Assembly: GCA_951406725.2 (NCBI GenBank)
Contig: OX597832.1
Span: 25,978,001-26,042,000 of the forward strand
Length of the DNA stretch: 64,000 nt
Direction: 5' to 3'
Source of the DNA: Octopus vulgaris
Taxonomy: Eukaryota
In this document: positions 41,107 through 55,021 of the stretch, one piece after another
How positions within the stretch are numbered: the stretch's first letter is position 1
How the letters are laid out: each line of letters opens with the position of its first letter
Translations under genes and position numbers: made by a program
Notes under the pieces: model-generated
The model's database searches: none
Seen by the model: the letters and a program-made list of their open reading frames with translations, nothing else
Told to the model about the DNA's origin: nothing

Positions 41107-41529
41107 TTCTCTCTCTCTCTCTTTCACTTTCTTTCTCTCCCTCCATTTGTCACATCCTGGATGGTGCCATTGTATCAAGAGCGATACTCCAGTGTGGCCA
41201 CAAGTCCAACGTCTTGAGTTTCTGAAGAACTCGGTGAAAGTTTCTTGAACTTTGCGATTCAGAAAGTTGAAACGTCTTAAAAAACCACCCAACCATATCG
41301 GGACACCACCACCACCATCACCAACACCCCGACCCCCAACCTAACCCCACCCACTCCCACACACACGCTCAAACGCAAACAAACTCCCACGTCCAAACGA
41401 TATCTCTCACAACATCTATCGCCGACTTTTCTTCGAGTTTAATTGTTTTTAATCATGCGACAAAAATCAACAATTTCTTCCTTTAATTTCCATTCCATTC
41501 TACAATCTATGATATATCTACACTCCCCT

Positions 41530-42150
41530 CTTTCTCTCTCTCTCTCTTCTTATCCTTCTTCTTCTTCTCTTTTTTCTTTTTTTTCTTCTTCTTCGTCTTC
41601 TTCTTCCAATTCTTCTTCTTCTTCTGCTTCCAATTCTTCTTCTTCTTCTTCTTCTTCTTCTTCTTCTTCAATTCTTCTTCTTCTCCTTCTTCTTCTTCTT
41701 CCAATTCTTCTTCTTCTTCTTCTTCTACTTCTTCTTCTTCGTCTTCTTCTCCTTCTTCTCCTTCTTCTTCTCCTCCTCCTCCTCTTCCTTCTTCTTCTTC
41801 TTCTTCTCCTTCTTCTTCTTCTCCTTTTTCTTCTTCTTCTTCTCCTTCTCCTTCTTCTTCTCCTTTTCTTCTTCTTCTTCTTCTTCTTCTTCTCCTTCTT
41901 CTTCTCCTTCTTCTCCTTCTTCTTCTTCTTCTTCTTCTTCTTCTTCTTCTTCTTCTTCTTCTTCTTCTTCTTCTTCTTTCTTCTTCTTCTTTTTCTTCTT
42001 CTTCTTCTTCCAATTCTTTTTCTTCTTCTTCTTCTCCTTTTTCTTCTTCCCCTTCTTCTTCTTCGTCTTCTTCTTCTTCTCCTCCTTCTTCTTCCTCTCC
42101 TCCTTCTTCTTTCTCCTTCTCATTCCCCTTCTCTTTCGCTTTCTCCAGCT
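41530..42150. repeat. (TTC)n-rich polypyrimidine tract
   Basis: Direct reading. Confidence 0.95.
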
Positions 42151-42629
42151 TTCCTTTATTTGTTGCCATGGACGTGTTTTGTCTTCGGTGTCCTTTCGTT
42201 TTCGTTTTGCATCTTTTTATTTTGTTTTAGCCTTGTATTTATATTTTTTTGTTTTGTTTTGAGAGGGTTTATTTGTTTGTTTTTTTTTTGTCTTTGTTGT
42301 CCTTTGTTTGTTTGTTTTCGTCATTTTGTTTACATTATCTCCGATGCTCACCTGTCGGTTTAATTCGTCTGTCTTTGTAAAGATGTAAAGATTTGCAGAC
42401 GTAACTTAATTTAGATACTATTGACCTTTTGATCAGGGAGAGAGAAAGGGAAGGAAAGAGAGAGGGGAGAGGGGTGAGAGAGAGAGGGAGAGACAGAAAG
42501 AGAGAGGGAAGAAGATGAAAAATTAAAAGTGTGTGCAAAGAAATGAGAAGGAGAGAAAGAGTGATTAAAAAAGAGGGAGAGAGAAAGAAAGACACGGAGA
42601 AAGAGATGGGAAAGGAGAGACACGGAGTG

Positions 42630-42636
42630 GGAAGGA

Positions 42637-42696
<60 letters not shown>

Positions 42697-42776
42697 GGGA
42701 CGATAATTCAAAGTATGCAAAAAGAAATGAGAAATGAGACAGACAGACAGTGTGTGTATGTGTGGAGAGGTGAGAG

Positions 42777-42839
<63 letters not shown>

Positions 42840-42966
42840 AAAAAAGAAAGAAAGACAGAAAGAAAAATGAAGAATTAAGGAATGAATAAAACAGAAAAAA
42901 ATTTAAGAGGGAGGCAAAAATAAGTAAGAAAGAAGGAAAGAAATAGAGATGAAGAAAGAAAACGAA

Positions 42967-43006
<40 letters not shown>

Positions 43007-43130
43007 GAAGGAAGAAAGGAAGAAAGAAAGTAAGAAAGAAAGTAAGAAAGACGGAAAAAATAGTGATGAAGAAAGAAAAAGAAAAGAACGAAAGAAAGAA
43101 AGAAAGAAAGAAAGAGACAGAGAAAGAGGA

Positions 43131-43170
<40 letters not shown>

Positions 43171-43202
43171 GACAGAGAAAGAGGAAAGAAAGAAAGAGAC
43201 AG

Positions 43203-43241
<39 letters not shown>

Positions 43242-43324
43242 GACAGAGAAAGAGGAAAGAAAGAAAGAGACAGAGAAAGAAAGAAAGAAAGAGACAGAGA
43301 AAGAGGAAAGAAAGAAAGAGACAG

Positions 43325-43371
<47 letters not shown>

Positions 43372-43390
43372 AAAAGACAGAGAAAGAGGA

Positions 43391-43438
<48 letters not shown>

Positions 43439-43500
43439 AAAGAAGAAAGAAAGAAAGAAAGAGAGAAAGAAAGAGGGAGAGAGAGAAAGAAAGGAAGAAT
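42630..43500. repeat. (GAAA)n-rich polypurine tract
   Basis: Direct reading. Confidence 0.95.
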
Positions 43501-43912
43501 TACAAGAAAAGTTTCAACAGGAAAAAGTTTCAATGAAAACAAGTGACGAATCTCGAAGCGAGAGAAAATTGGAGCGATTCGATGTTGTTTGTGTGTTCGT
43601 TGTTGATTAATGTTTCTGGTTATTTGTGGGGTGGGGGCATTTGTAAGCAATCTCTCTTCTTGTAGTCTTGCTGACGATGCGCGTAACCGTTGTCCGTATC
43701 GGTGTCGTTGTTGTCGTTGTTGTTGTCGTTGTTGTTGACAGTAAGTATAGATTTGTAGTGAGTTTTCTTTTGTCTTGGAGTTATAGATAAGATAGATACA
43801 CATACACATACGCACAAACATATATATATATATATATATATACATGAGTGTATGTCTGTATATATATGTATACATGCACACGCACGTGCGCCTAGATATA
43901 TATGTATGTATG

Positions 43913-43956
<44 letters not shown>

Positions 43957-44109
43957 TATATACTAAACTATATGTAATATGTATGTATGTCTACGTGTCT
44001 GTGCATATACGTACATTATTTTGTATCTTATATACATATATATTATATATATATACTTTATTATGTAGATATATATATATATATATATATGATATTGAAT
44101 TAATGTATT

Positions 44110-44158
<49 letters not shown>

Positions 44159-44243
44159 TACTTTTATATTATATCATATAATATATATGTATATATATAT
44201 ATATACACCACATTATATATATTACATATACATATATATATAT

Positions 44244-44299
<56 letters not shown>

Positions 44300-44455
44300 C
44301 ATATATATATCACACATTTTTATGATATATATATATATCCACATAAATGTATGCATGTTATACATACATATACCGATAACATATATATACACGCTCATCA
44401 CACACATGCATATTTATACACGCACACGCACATATATATATATACATATATATGC

Positions 44456-44486
<31 letters not shown>

Positions 44487-44781
44487 TGTATGTATGTATG
44501 TGTATGTATGTATGTATGTGTATGTATGTATGTATGTGTATGTATGTATGTATGTATGTATGTATGTATGTATGTATGTATGTATGTATGTATGTATGTA
44601 TGTATGTATATGGAAATAAGTAGATTTGTAACAAAGAAGCTTTCAGGCCAGAATATTATTTTTTTTTTACTTTGGTAGTTGTTGTTATTGTTGGTTTTTT
44701 TTTATATTTGTTTTGTCTTTATAGCATTTTGTTTGTGTTCAGTTATTTCACGAAAACTCAAACTCTGAGAGGGAAACATAT

Positions 44782-45226
44782 AGGTGGTGATGGCGGTGGT
44801 GGTGGTGGTGGTGGTAGTGGTGGTGGTGGTGGTGGTGGTGGTGGTGGTGGTGGTGGTGGTGGTGGTGGTGGTGGTGGTGGTGGTGGTGGGGGTGGTGGTG
44901 GTGGTGGTGGTGGTGGTGGTGGAGGTGGTGGTGGTGGTGGTGGTGGTGGTGGTGGTGGTGGTGGTTTTGGTGGTAGTGGTGCAAGTGATGATGATGCTGT
45001 TGCAGGTTCGGGTACTGGCCATATTGGTGGCGGTGATGATCGTGGTGGTGGTGGTGGTGGTGGTGGTGGTGGTGGTGGTGGTGGTAGCGGTCGAAGAAGA
45101 AGAAGAAGAAGAAGAAGAAGAAGAAGAAGAAGAAGAAGAAGGAAAAGAAGAAGAAGAAGAAGAAGAAGAAGAAGAAGAAGAAGAAGAAGAAGAAAAAGAA
45201 GAAGAAAAAGAAGAAGAAGAAGAAGA
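44782..45226. repeat. (GGT)n followed by (GAA)n
   Basis: Direct reading. Confidence 0.95.
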
Positions 45227-45283
45227 ATTAATAAAAAATAAGGAATGTGAAATGGCAGAGGGGCTATAAAAATCATATATATG

Positions 45284-45321
<38 letters not shown>

Positions 45322-46606
45322 GTAGACCAAGACCAGACCAATTAAAAAGAGGAACGGAATAAAAAGAAGAAATATTGAAAAGAAGCGAAATAAATGGAGT
45401 GGAATTGAGATGAGTGTGGGAGTTAAATACAATCTCTATTTACCCCCTAACCCCATCTCACACACACACTCTCTCTCTCTCTCTCTTTCTCTCATTTTCT
45501 CATTTACTTATTTACTTATTTTATTTGCCTTTCCTTAAGTGAATTAAAATAAAATGACGTTTATTTCAACAACTCTGATATTTATAAAGTTTTAATCCTT
45601 TGATAAATATAGAGTAATTTCTTGTTTGTCTCAGTATTGCTATTGTGGGTGCTTTTGATTGTTGCCGGTGTTTTTTGCTAGTAATTTTGTTGTTTACACT
45701 TTTTGTACGCTTCTTTATTTTTCGTGGCGTATCAATAACATTTGTTTTTCCTTTGTTTCTTGTTTTTTTTTTGCGTATTTTGTTGTTTTTATTGCCATTG
45801 TAATAGTTTTTGTTCTTGTAATTGTTATTTTTTTTTCGTTTCTTTGACGTATTTCATTAGTTATATTTTGGGTTTTGTTTGTTTATTTTCTTATATTTCG
45901 CTATCTTTCTTTCTTTTTTTCTTTTTTGTGTCTATGAGTATTGTTCGGGTTTGACAAGAGAGAAGCACAATGTATGTCGAGACGGCTTAATCCTCGAGAT
46001 TTCAAACCTCGTGGATTCCGTTCCTCTCAAGATCTGGTCACAACCAATTTTCTAGACAGAGAGGAAAGATATCGGAGAGACTGGAGAAAGAAAGAGCGTT
46101 GCAAAATAATGGTTTCACGAAAACTCAAACTTGTATATCGACTCTGTGGAGGAAATATATAGGCGGTGGTGGTGCTGATGTTGCTGCTGTTGCTGCTACT
46201 GCACAAGAGCAGCAATTTCTATGAAAATGAGTTTGTTAATTACTTTGTTTGACTGGTACTTTATTCTTCTCGATCTCACAATAATAAAAGATAGAGTCGA
46301 CTTCAGCGAGATTTGAACTCGGAACATAAAGCGCAGGAATAAAATCCACTAAGCAATTATTTTTCTTTTTCGACTCTCGAACGATTCCGACAGTTCACCA
46401 CTTGGGGTTCACAAATAATTCTTTTATAATTATACTAATGTGTCCATCTGTTTTAATTTAATAAAATTCTATGTCTTTTTGCAGCTGAGGATTGCTCTGC
46501 ATTTAAATTGATGTAATGATTGCAATGTTCAATTAAATGGAGTTGCATGAAACGATCGTACTGCATTACCTCTGGATATCCTTGATGCTTATTTTGATTT
46601 TAATAC

Positions 46607-46692
<86 letters not shown>

Positions 46693-46694
<2 letters not shown>

Positions 46695-46856
46695 GGCGGG
46701 ATACTTTCAGTTTCCATCTACCAAATCCATTCACAAGGCTTTGGTTGGGTTGGCCCGAGGCTATAGTAGAAAACACTTGCCCAAGGTGCCACGCAGTGGG
46801 ACTGAACCCGGAACCATGTGGTCCGTAAGCAAGCTACTTACCACACCGCCATTCCT
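46693..46856 (-). mobile_element. SINE family A, 5' half
   Basis: Reverse complement of head and core. Confidence 0.85.
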
Positions 46857-46940
46857 GTATGTCAAGTTTCATCGAACAAAATCAATTTGAAGAAGAGGTC
46901 AGACAGATAGACTGACGGACAGACAGACAGACAAGCAGGA

Positions 46941-46973
<33 letters not shown>

Positions 46974-47229
46974 GGCAGGCAGGCAGAACCTAGACCAGCT
47001 TGCCATTTCAGCTGCTCAAAATGTTACTTATTATCCAGCAGAAGCGCTTTTCAAGTCGCCATTTCTCTATTAAATGCCATCCTCATGTTTGATGAAGTTT
47101 ACTGAAGCTATTACACAAAATGTGATTGCTTCCAATTTCTTGCAATCTTCTACGACGTTCTTTCATTTCCAGGAGCTTCCATTAAGCGAACACACACACA
47201 CGTATATATTTATACACACACACACACAC

Positions 47230-47282
<53 letters not shown>

Positions 47283-47602
47283 TACTTATTTATATATTAT
47301 GTGTGTACGTGAATATGTGTGTATGTGAGTTTGTGCATATATATATATATATACATATATGAAGACATATACACTCATATATATATACATATATATACAT
47401 CACTATATATATACACACATATACATATATATATGTATATATGTTTGTGCGTGTGTATATATATATATATGTATGTATGTGTGTATATATATATATATAT
47501 ATACACGCACATACATACATATACATATATATACATACATACATATATATATATATGTGTATATATATATACATATATATATATATAATATATATATACA
47601 TA

Positions 47603-47687
<85 letters not shown>

Positions 47688-47715
47688 ATATACATATGTA
47701 TATATATATACATAT

Positions 47716-47809
<94 letters not shown>

Positions 47810-48351
47810 TCAGACCAAATCGAGTGTCGGATTTCAACAGAATTAAATTTGTTTTTTTGTTTGGTTTTTTTTTGTATTTTGTTGTTTACTTCATCTAATC
47901 CATTTTATTTCTATTTTATTTATTTATTTATTCATTCATTTTCTTCCTTAATTTTCTTCTTCCTCTTTGTTTCCTTCTTTCCTTTCTTCATATATTCCAT
48001 CTTCTGATACACATACCACCAACAACAACAACAACAACAACAATGCCATCACCATCACCATCACCATTACCATTACCACACCATACACGAAGATCCAATG
48101 TAGATTCTATTCTTCGCGATAATGTGTTTGCTATGTCTACGATTGTTTGGTAAAATATCTGGCCTGGAACTCCAAAGAAAGCCTTCACTACGACCTTTTC
48201 ACCGGTTCAATATTCCCCGTAATGTATTGTGAATGAATTTGACAGCATTTTTCCTATCTTCTTTTTCTTTTTTCTTTTTCCTCAGACCGTCTTTTGGTTG
48301 CGAAATTCTGCAACCCTAATGTATCGATTGAATGGGAGATGTATGTGTGTA

Positions 48352-48965
48352 TAGGCACAGGAGTGGCTCTGCGGTAACAACCTTGCTTCCTAACCCCATC
48401 GTTCCGGGTTCAGCCCCAATGCGGGTCATCTTGGGTAATTGAGACATACAGACATACATACATACATACATATGCATATATATGTATATGTATATATGTG
48501 CGTGTGCGTGTATAAATATGCATGTGTGTGATGATCGTGTATATATATATTATCGGTATATGTATGTATAACATGCATACATTTATGTGGATATATATAT
48601 ATATCATAAAAATGTGATATATATATATATATATGTATATATAATATATATATATATATATATGCGGGTCATCTTGGGTAATTATCTTATTATAACGTGG
48701 GGCCGACTAAAGCCTTGTGAGTGGATTCGGTAGGCGGAAACTGGAAGAAGCCCATCGTATATTTACATATATCTATGTTTGTCTTAGTGTCTGTTCCCCA
48801 CCGCCGCTTGACAACCGGTATTAGTGTGTTTATGTTCCTGTGACTTGGTGGTTCGGTGAAGGAGATCGATAGAATAATGACCAGGCTTAGCAAAACAAAT
48901 TAAGTACTGGAGTCGAGTGATTCGACTAAAAATTCTTCAAAGTGGTGCCCCAGCATGGCCACAGT
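48352..48965 (+). mobile_element. SINE family A interrupted by a 221-bp insert with a 22-bp duplication
   Basis: ATGCGGGTCATCTTGGGTAATT occurs at 48419-48440 and 48662-48683; the SINE resumes after the second copy. Confidence 0.88.
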
Positions 48966-49025
48966 CTCAAACAATTATATATGTTCTGATCATTGTGAGA
49001 CTAAAGACTTGAGTACCCACTGATT

Positions 49026-49395
49026 GACAAACCAGACACGTTTTATCTTCTTGTCAAAGACTCTGTCACTTAGCTTAAATATATTTTTATCTTCTTATCA
49101 TTGAAAACATTTTTTATTACCTGATCTGAATGTTTTATGTAACTCATTCTATGACTCACCACACAAGCTACACATGACAAACCAGACACGTCTCATCTTC
49201 CTGTCAAAGACTTTATTACTTGATTGGAATATATTCATGTAAACTAATTTTTATCTTATTATTATAAAAAAAAATATTACCTGATCTGAATGTATTTCTG
49301 TAAACTATTCTTTGATACACAAAGCATCAAACCTATTCTTATCATTGTCAAAGACTCTGTCACTTGATTTGAATACATTTATGCAAACTATTTTT
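49026..49395. repeat. ~150-bp degenerate tandem repeat, about 2.5 copies
   Basis: GACAAACCAGACACG at 49026 and 49176; TGTCAAAGACT at 49052, 49202 and 49346. Confidence 0.85.
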
Positions 49396-49517
49396 TCGCA
49401 CAGCAATGGATACACAAAATCTCACTCTTTACTTTTGAAAATCATATTTAAATAAGTGAAACCGGTTAAGTGAATAAATACTTTTAAAAGACTCCTTCAT
49501 TTTCAGATTCTGTTCCT

Positions 49518-49589
<72 letters not shown>

Positions 49590-49593
49590 TTTG

Positions 49594-49752
49594 AAGGCGC
49601 ATGGCTCAGTGGTTACGGCGTCGAGCTTACGATTGCGACGTTGTGAGTTCGATTCCCGGACCGGGCTGCGTGTTGTGTTCTTGAGCAAGGCACTTAATTT
49701 CACGTTGCTCCAATTCACTCAGTTGTAGAAATGAGTTGCGATGTCACAAGTG
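49594..49752 (+). mobile_element. SINE family C head
   Basis: AAGGCGCATGGCTCAGTGGTT..GAGTTCGATTCCC..TTGAGCAAGGCAC. Confidence 0.82.
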
Positions 49753-50460
49753 CTTTATTGGAATTCACTTTGGTATAAACCGTAGCAATTAAAAACATAT
49801 TTAGCAGCATTTCGATAAAGAAAATTGAATCTCAGTAGAGATACGAAACTGCGGCAGAACATCTACTTGACAGGAACATGAGGCCAAGTGTTTCAGAACA
49901 TTCTCATCAGGTATATTTGTTGAGATATCAGATCAGATATTAAGAAGTGGGTGTTATATTTCCACACAGAAATAGGTAAAGAATATTTTGTTTTAAAGAT
50001 TTTTTTCTATTTTTAAATTTTAGTACTTTATTTTAAAGTTTAAAGTTTTTAAAAATATCGAGTACAAATGCATATTGCCCTGGAAATTAAAAAGTTATAT
50101 TATTGATAATATGTGTTTGTATAAGTGTTTCTGTCTCGCTCCTTCTCCTTCTCTTCATTTGTGTGTCTACATATATGTGTGTGTGTATGTGTGTGTATGT
50201 GTGTGTGTGTGTGTATACACGTACATACACACACATATCATGCACTAATAGATATACATAAACATAAACACATACATTTAAATATATTGCCATACTTATA
50301 CAGTGCATAAGTAAATTCGCCTGTGTGTGTGTGTATGTGTGTGTGCGTGTATATACATATTACTAAAACACGTGCGCGTTCACACACACACATACACATA
50401 TGTATATATATATAAACTTATATATAGAATGGGGATTTGATTGATGTATAGATCGATAAT

Positions 50461-50493
<33 letters not shown>

Positions 50494-50495
50494 GG

Positions 50496-50639
<144 letters not shown>

Positions 50640-50712
50640 AAAGAAGGAGACAGACAGACGCAAACAGACAGATGAGCAGACATCTTGATAGACGGTCAGA
50701 CAGGCAGACAAT

Positions 50713-50809
<97 letters not shown>

Positions 50810-50835
50810 TATACATGCGAGCGAACGAGAATGTT

Positions 50836-50925
<90 letters not shown>

Positions 50926-51431
50926 TGTGTGTTAGCGGTCGTTTCTGAACTAAACATGAAAAATCCCTGAAAGGGAAACGCAGCAAATTCAGCATCGCCA
51001 TCAACACGAAAATCAAAAGTTCTGCAACACGATAATAGCGGAGAAGCAAGATTCCAACGAAACAGACAAACCAAAACGAAATTACAAACAGAAGAAACAA
51101 ATCATTAAAGCAGACAACAACAACAGTTACAGCAACAAAAACGACAGCAAAATTATAATAGACGAACTTGGGAATTAAATTTCCATGGAAAAGGCTTCCG
51201 GCGAAGAGTGCAATGTACGGCGACATATTAAGAGATTAATACGTATTATAAATAACTTTACTATCAACACACGATTTCTTGCAAATTAAAACGGTAAAAT
51301 TTTTAGAGGCAAGCTTCGTTTATTATGAGTATATGTGTGATTGTGTGCTTGTGTATATGTCTATGTGTATGTGAGTGTGTATGTGTGTATGTGTGCATGT
51401 GTGCGTTGGTACTTATCTCCGTAAATATACA

Positions 51432-51498
<67 letters not shown>

Positions 51499-51897
51499 CT
51501 GTACACACATACGCACGCATATATATATATGTACATACATACACACAGACACATATATATACACACGCACACACATATATATATATACACATACATACAT
51601 ACACGTATATATATATACACACATATATATACATGTACACAGACAATATATGCACGCACACACACATATACATATACACACATATATATATGCATACACA
51701 CACATATATATATATACGCACACTCATATATATGCATACACACACACACACATATATATATTTGCATACACACACACATATATATATACACACATATATA
51801 TATACATACACACACACATACTCTCATGCATATGCACACAGAGTTCAGACTAAGCGAAATCATTATATGTGTGTATATGTGTGTCCATATGTGTGTG

Positions 51898-51930
<33 letters not shown>

Positions 51931-52305
51931 ATATACATATATATATATATATGTATGTATGTATTATGTATGTATGCATGTATGTATGTATGTATGTGTA
52001 TGACACAACCACAACGAATACGGAGCTTATCACATCTGTATGTTATTTATTTCTTTAGTCAGTTATGCAGCATATTCGATTCAAATGTGTCCAACGCACG
52101 TTTCTGCTGCATAGACATCCAACAGTTACATTTGCACCCGGTTACCTTCCACTGGTTTCTTAGTCTATGCAAGCTGAGTTTTCATACGGTACCCGTCTTG
52201 ATACTTTATCCTTATCTATTCATTATAGGTATATAGATACATACATACATACTTATATACATACATACATACATACATACATACATACATACATACATAC
52301 ATGCA

Positions 52306-52336
<31 letters not shown>

Positions 52337-52537
52337 TTACGTATGTATGTATGTATGTATGTATGTATGTATGTATGTATGTATGTATGTATGTATGTAT
52401 GCATGTATGTATGCATGTGTGTGTAGATATATATATATGCATATATGTATATGTGTGTATATATATGTGCATATATATATATATACATATACACACACAC
52501 ACACATATATATACATACATGCACATATATGTGTGTA

Positions 52538-52587
<50 letters not shown>

Positions 52588-53297
52588 TACGGCTGACATA
52601 TTGGATTTTATCTTTTATACAAAATAATAAAGCTTTCTCATTTTTTCCATTCTTTCCATCATAATACATTCATACAACACATGTATAATATATATTTTAG
52701 TGTAATTTTTGAAGATCCGGCGATTGTGCTTGCTCAATTCTTTTTTTCTTCGTTTCGTTTCAATTTTCAAACAGCTGCTTCGTTTATATTAAACAATTTC
52801 GGTTTTTCAATCCAACACTTTTTCTTTCCTGTTTTGAAAATTTACTTCCGTCAATTGATTTATGATTTCCATAGAAACCTTCTGTCTTGGCGTTCGAACC
52901 TCTGTTATTCAAGTTCGTAAACATTTAAGAACTGTTCTTGTCTCTCTTACTTCTTTTCAGTCATTGGACTGCGGCCATGCTGGGGCTTTAACCGTACAAA
53001 TCGATTTCAGTATTAATTCTATCGGTCTTTTTTCCTAAACTGTCATGGAGACGTAAACAAACCAGCTCCGGTTTTCAAAGGGAACAAACATCGGCTCAAA
53101 CTCATACAAGTGTATACGTTCGCCATCAAACATATATACACACTGGAAACAACATAATCGTAGATATTTATAAATATCAGTATGAAACTACAGTCTTTAA
53201 AATCTTGGTTTCATATGTTACATAGACAATCATCAGTGAAGGAAGGAAAGTATTATAATCACGCATATCAAATTTACTGTATCACTGAGTTATTTGT

Positions 53298-54055
53298 GAG
53301 GCGCATGGCTTAGTGGTTAAGGTGAGGCACTCATGATCGTAAAATTGTGGTTTCGATTCCTGGACCGGGCGATAGGTTGTGTTCTTGAACAAAGCCCGAC
53401 ATTTCACATTGCTCCAGTCCACTCGGGCGGCAAAAATGAATAATCCTGCGATGGATCAGCACTCCTGTCCAGGTGGGGCAAAAAATATACACCATGAAAC
53501 CGTGAAACCGGTCCTTCTAAATCGATATGACCCATGAAGTTAATTGAGAGTCACTTTGTGCCATGCGTGCTTCATTAAAAAATACGCACCAGAAAATACG
53601 TTACCGGGTGTGTGTAATATATACCTTCTCTCTCTACACCGTTCGGAGAAAATATGTTGCATCTGAGTTTCAAAATTTGGCACAAGGCCAGCAATTTCGA
53701 GGGAGCCCAGAGTCCAACTGGTATTTATTTTATCGACCTCCGAAAGGATGGAAGGAAACGTCGATCTCGGCGAAATTTGAACTCAGAACGTCAAAACGGA
53801 TGTAATACGACCGAACATTTTGTCCGGCGGCCTAGCAACTTTGCCGTCCTGAAGAAGAAGAAGAAGAAGAAGAAGATAGATGGACGGGACACCGGTCAGT
53901 CGCAGGATCACTCATTTTTGCCAGCTGAGTGGACTGGAGTAACGTGAAATGAAGTGTTTTGCTCAAGAACACAGCGCATCGTTTGATCCAGGAATCGAAA
54001 CCACAATCTAACGTCCATGAGCGTAACATCCCTAACCACTAAGCCATGCGCCTTC
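53298..54055. mobile_element. SINE C (+), SINE B (-) and SINE C (-) cluster
   Basis: Heads at 53298 (+) and 54055 (-); family B motifs at ~53665-53850. Confidence 0.78.
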
Positions 54056-54972
54056 CCCTAATCTCATGAATATTTTTAATATTAAAAATTTATTGAAATA
54101 GATGACAGCGGGGAAAAATATTTATTAAAACAGAAGACATAAAAATATTTATTAAAATAGAAAATGACTGATATTTATTAGAATTGGTGGCAGGCAAAAA
54201 CAATTGCTGATAACGGAATTTGCAATAATGGACCATACTGGAAAAAAAGGTTTAAGTCGCTGGCGGTTAAGAAGCTTGCTCTGCAACCCTGTGGTTTGAG
54301 GTTCATTCCCACAGCGAAACTCCTTGAGCTAGTGTTTTTTTTTTCCTTTTTTTTTTTAGTATTAAGTCCGGCCCCCACCCCAATTCCTTGTGAGTGAATT
54401 TGGTAGACGGAGATTGTGCGGAAGCCCGTCGTATATATGTGTGTGTCTGTTCTGTTGCTCCTTCCAGGTCAGGGACTTTGTCCTTTCTTTGTCATTGTGC
54501 TCAAATGCTATCATCGATCTTAAGAACCCCAGGACTATTTCATTCTCGCACTTATTCAAATTTCTCTTTATATAATGGGGTTAATCTACCCTTTTTTAAA
54601 GGGTTGCTTTACAACAATATTTGTAACTCACATACGCAAAAAGAAGAAAATATAACGAAATCCTTCAGTCTTCGATTAATAATAGACGCGTTGATTTCGT
54701 TATTTTTTCTTCTTTTTTCCTGTGCGAGTTACAAATATTGTTGTCTATGGAATCATATTTTGTAGTGAAAGGAATTAGCGGTCTTTTGGTTGCTATTTCT
54801 AAATTTTCAGCATGTGGTGAACCAACTTGTTGCTAACCCCTTAATTATATATGTATATATATATATTTAAAATGAGGGCGAGAAATTGGATTTTAATTTA
54901 TTTAACATCAATTTAACACCAGTAGTCTAGTATATTAAGATCTGAAAGTTCAGTAAATTGTATTATGCATAC

Positions 54973-55021
<49 letters not shown>

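Noticed and set aside
41443-45432. Poly-Leu/Phe, Lys/Glu/Arg and poly-Pro/Gly ORFs (formin-like or membrane-like)
   Set aside because: They derive from (TTC)n, (GAAA)n and (GGT)n tracts with no flanking domain sequence.
45941-46162. 73-aa ORF with dibasic sites as a neuropeptide precursor
   Set aside because: No signal peptide, a non-ATG start and no repeated amidated peptides.
50975-51178. Open Gln/Lys/Asn-rich frame on the plus strand
   Set aside because: No start codon or splice acceptor; the A-rich composition explains the lack of stops.
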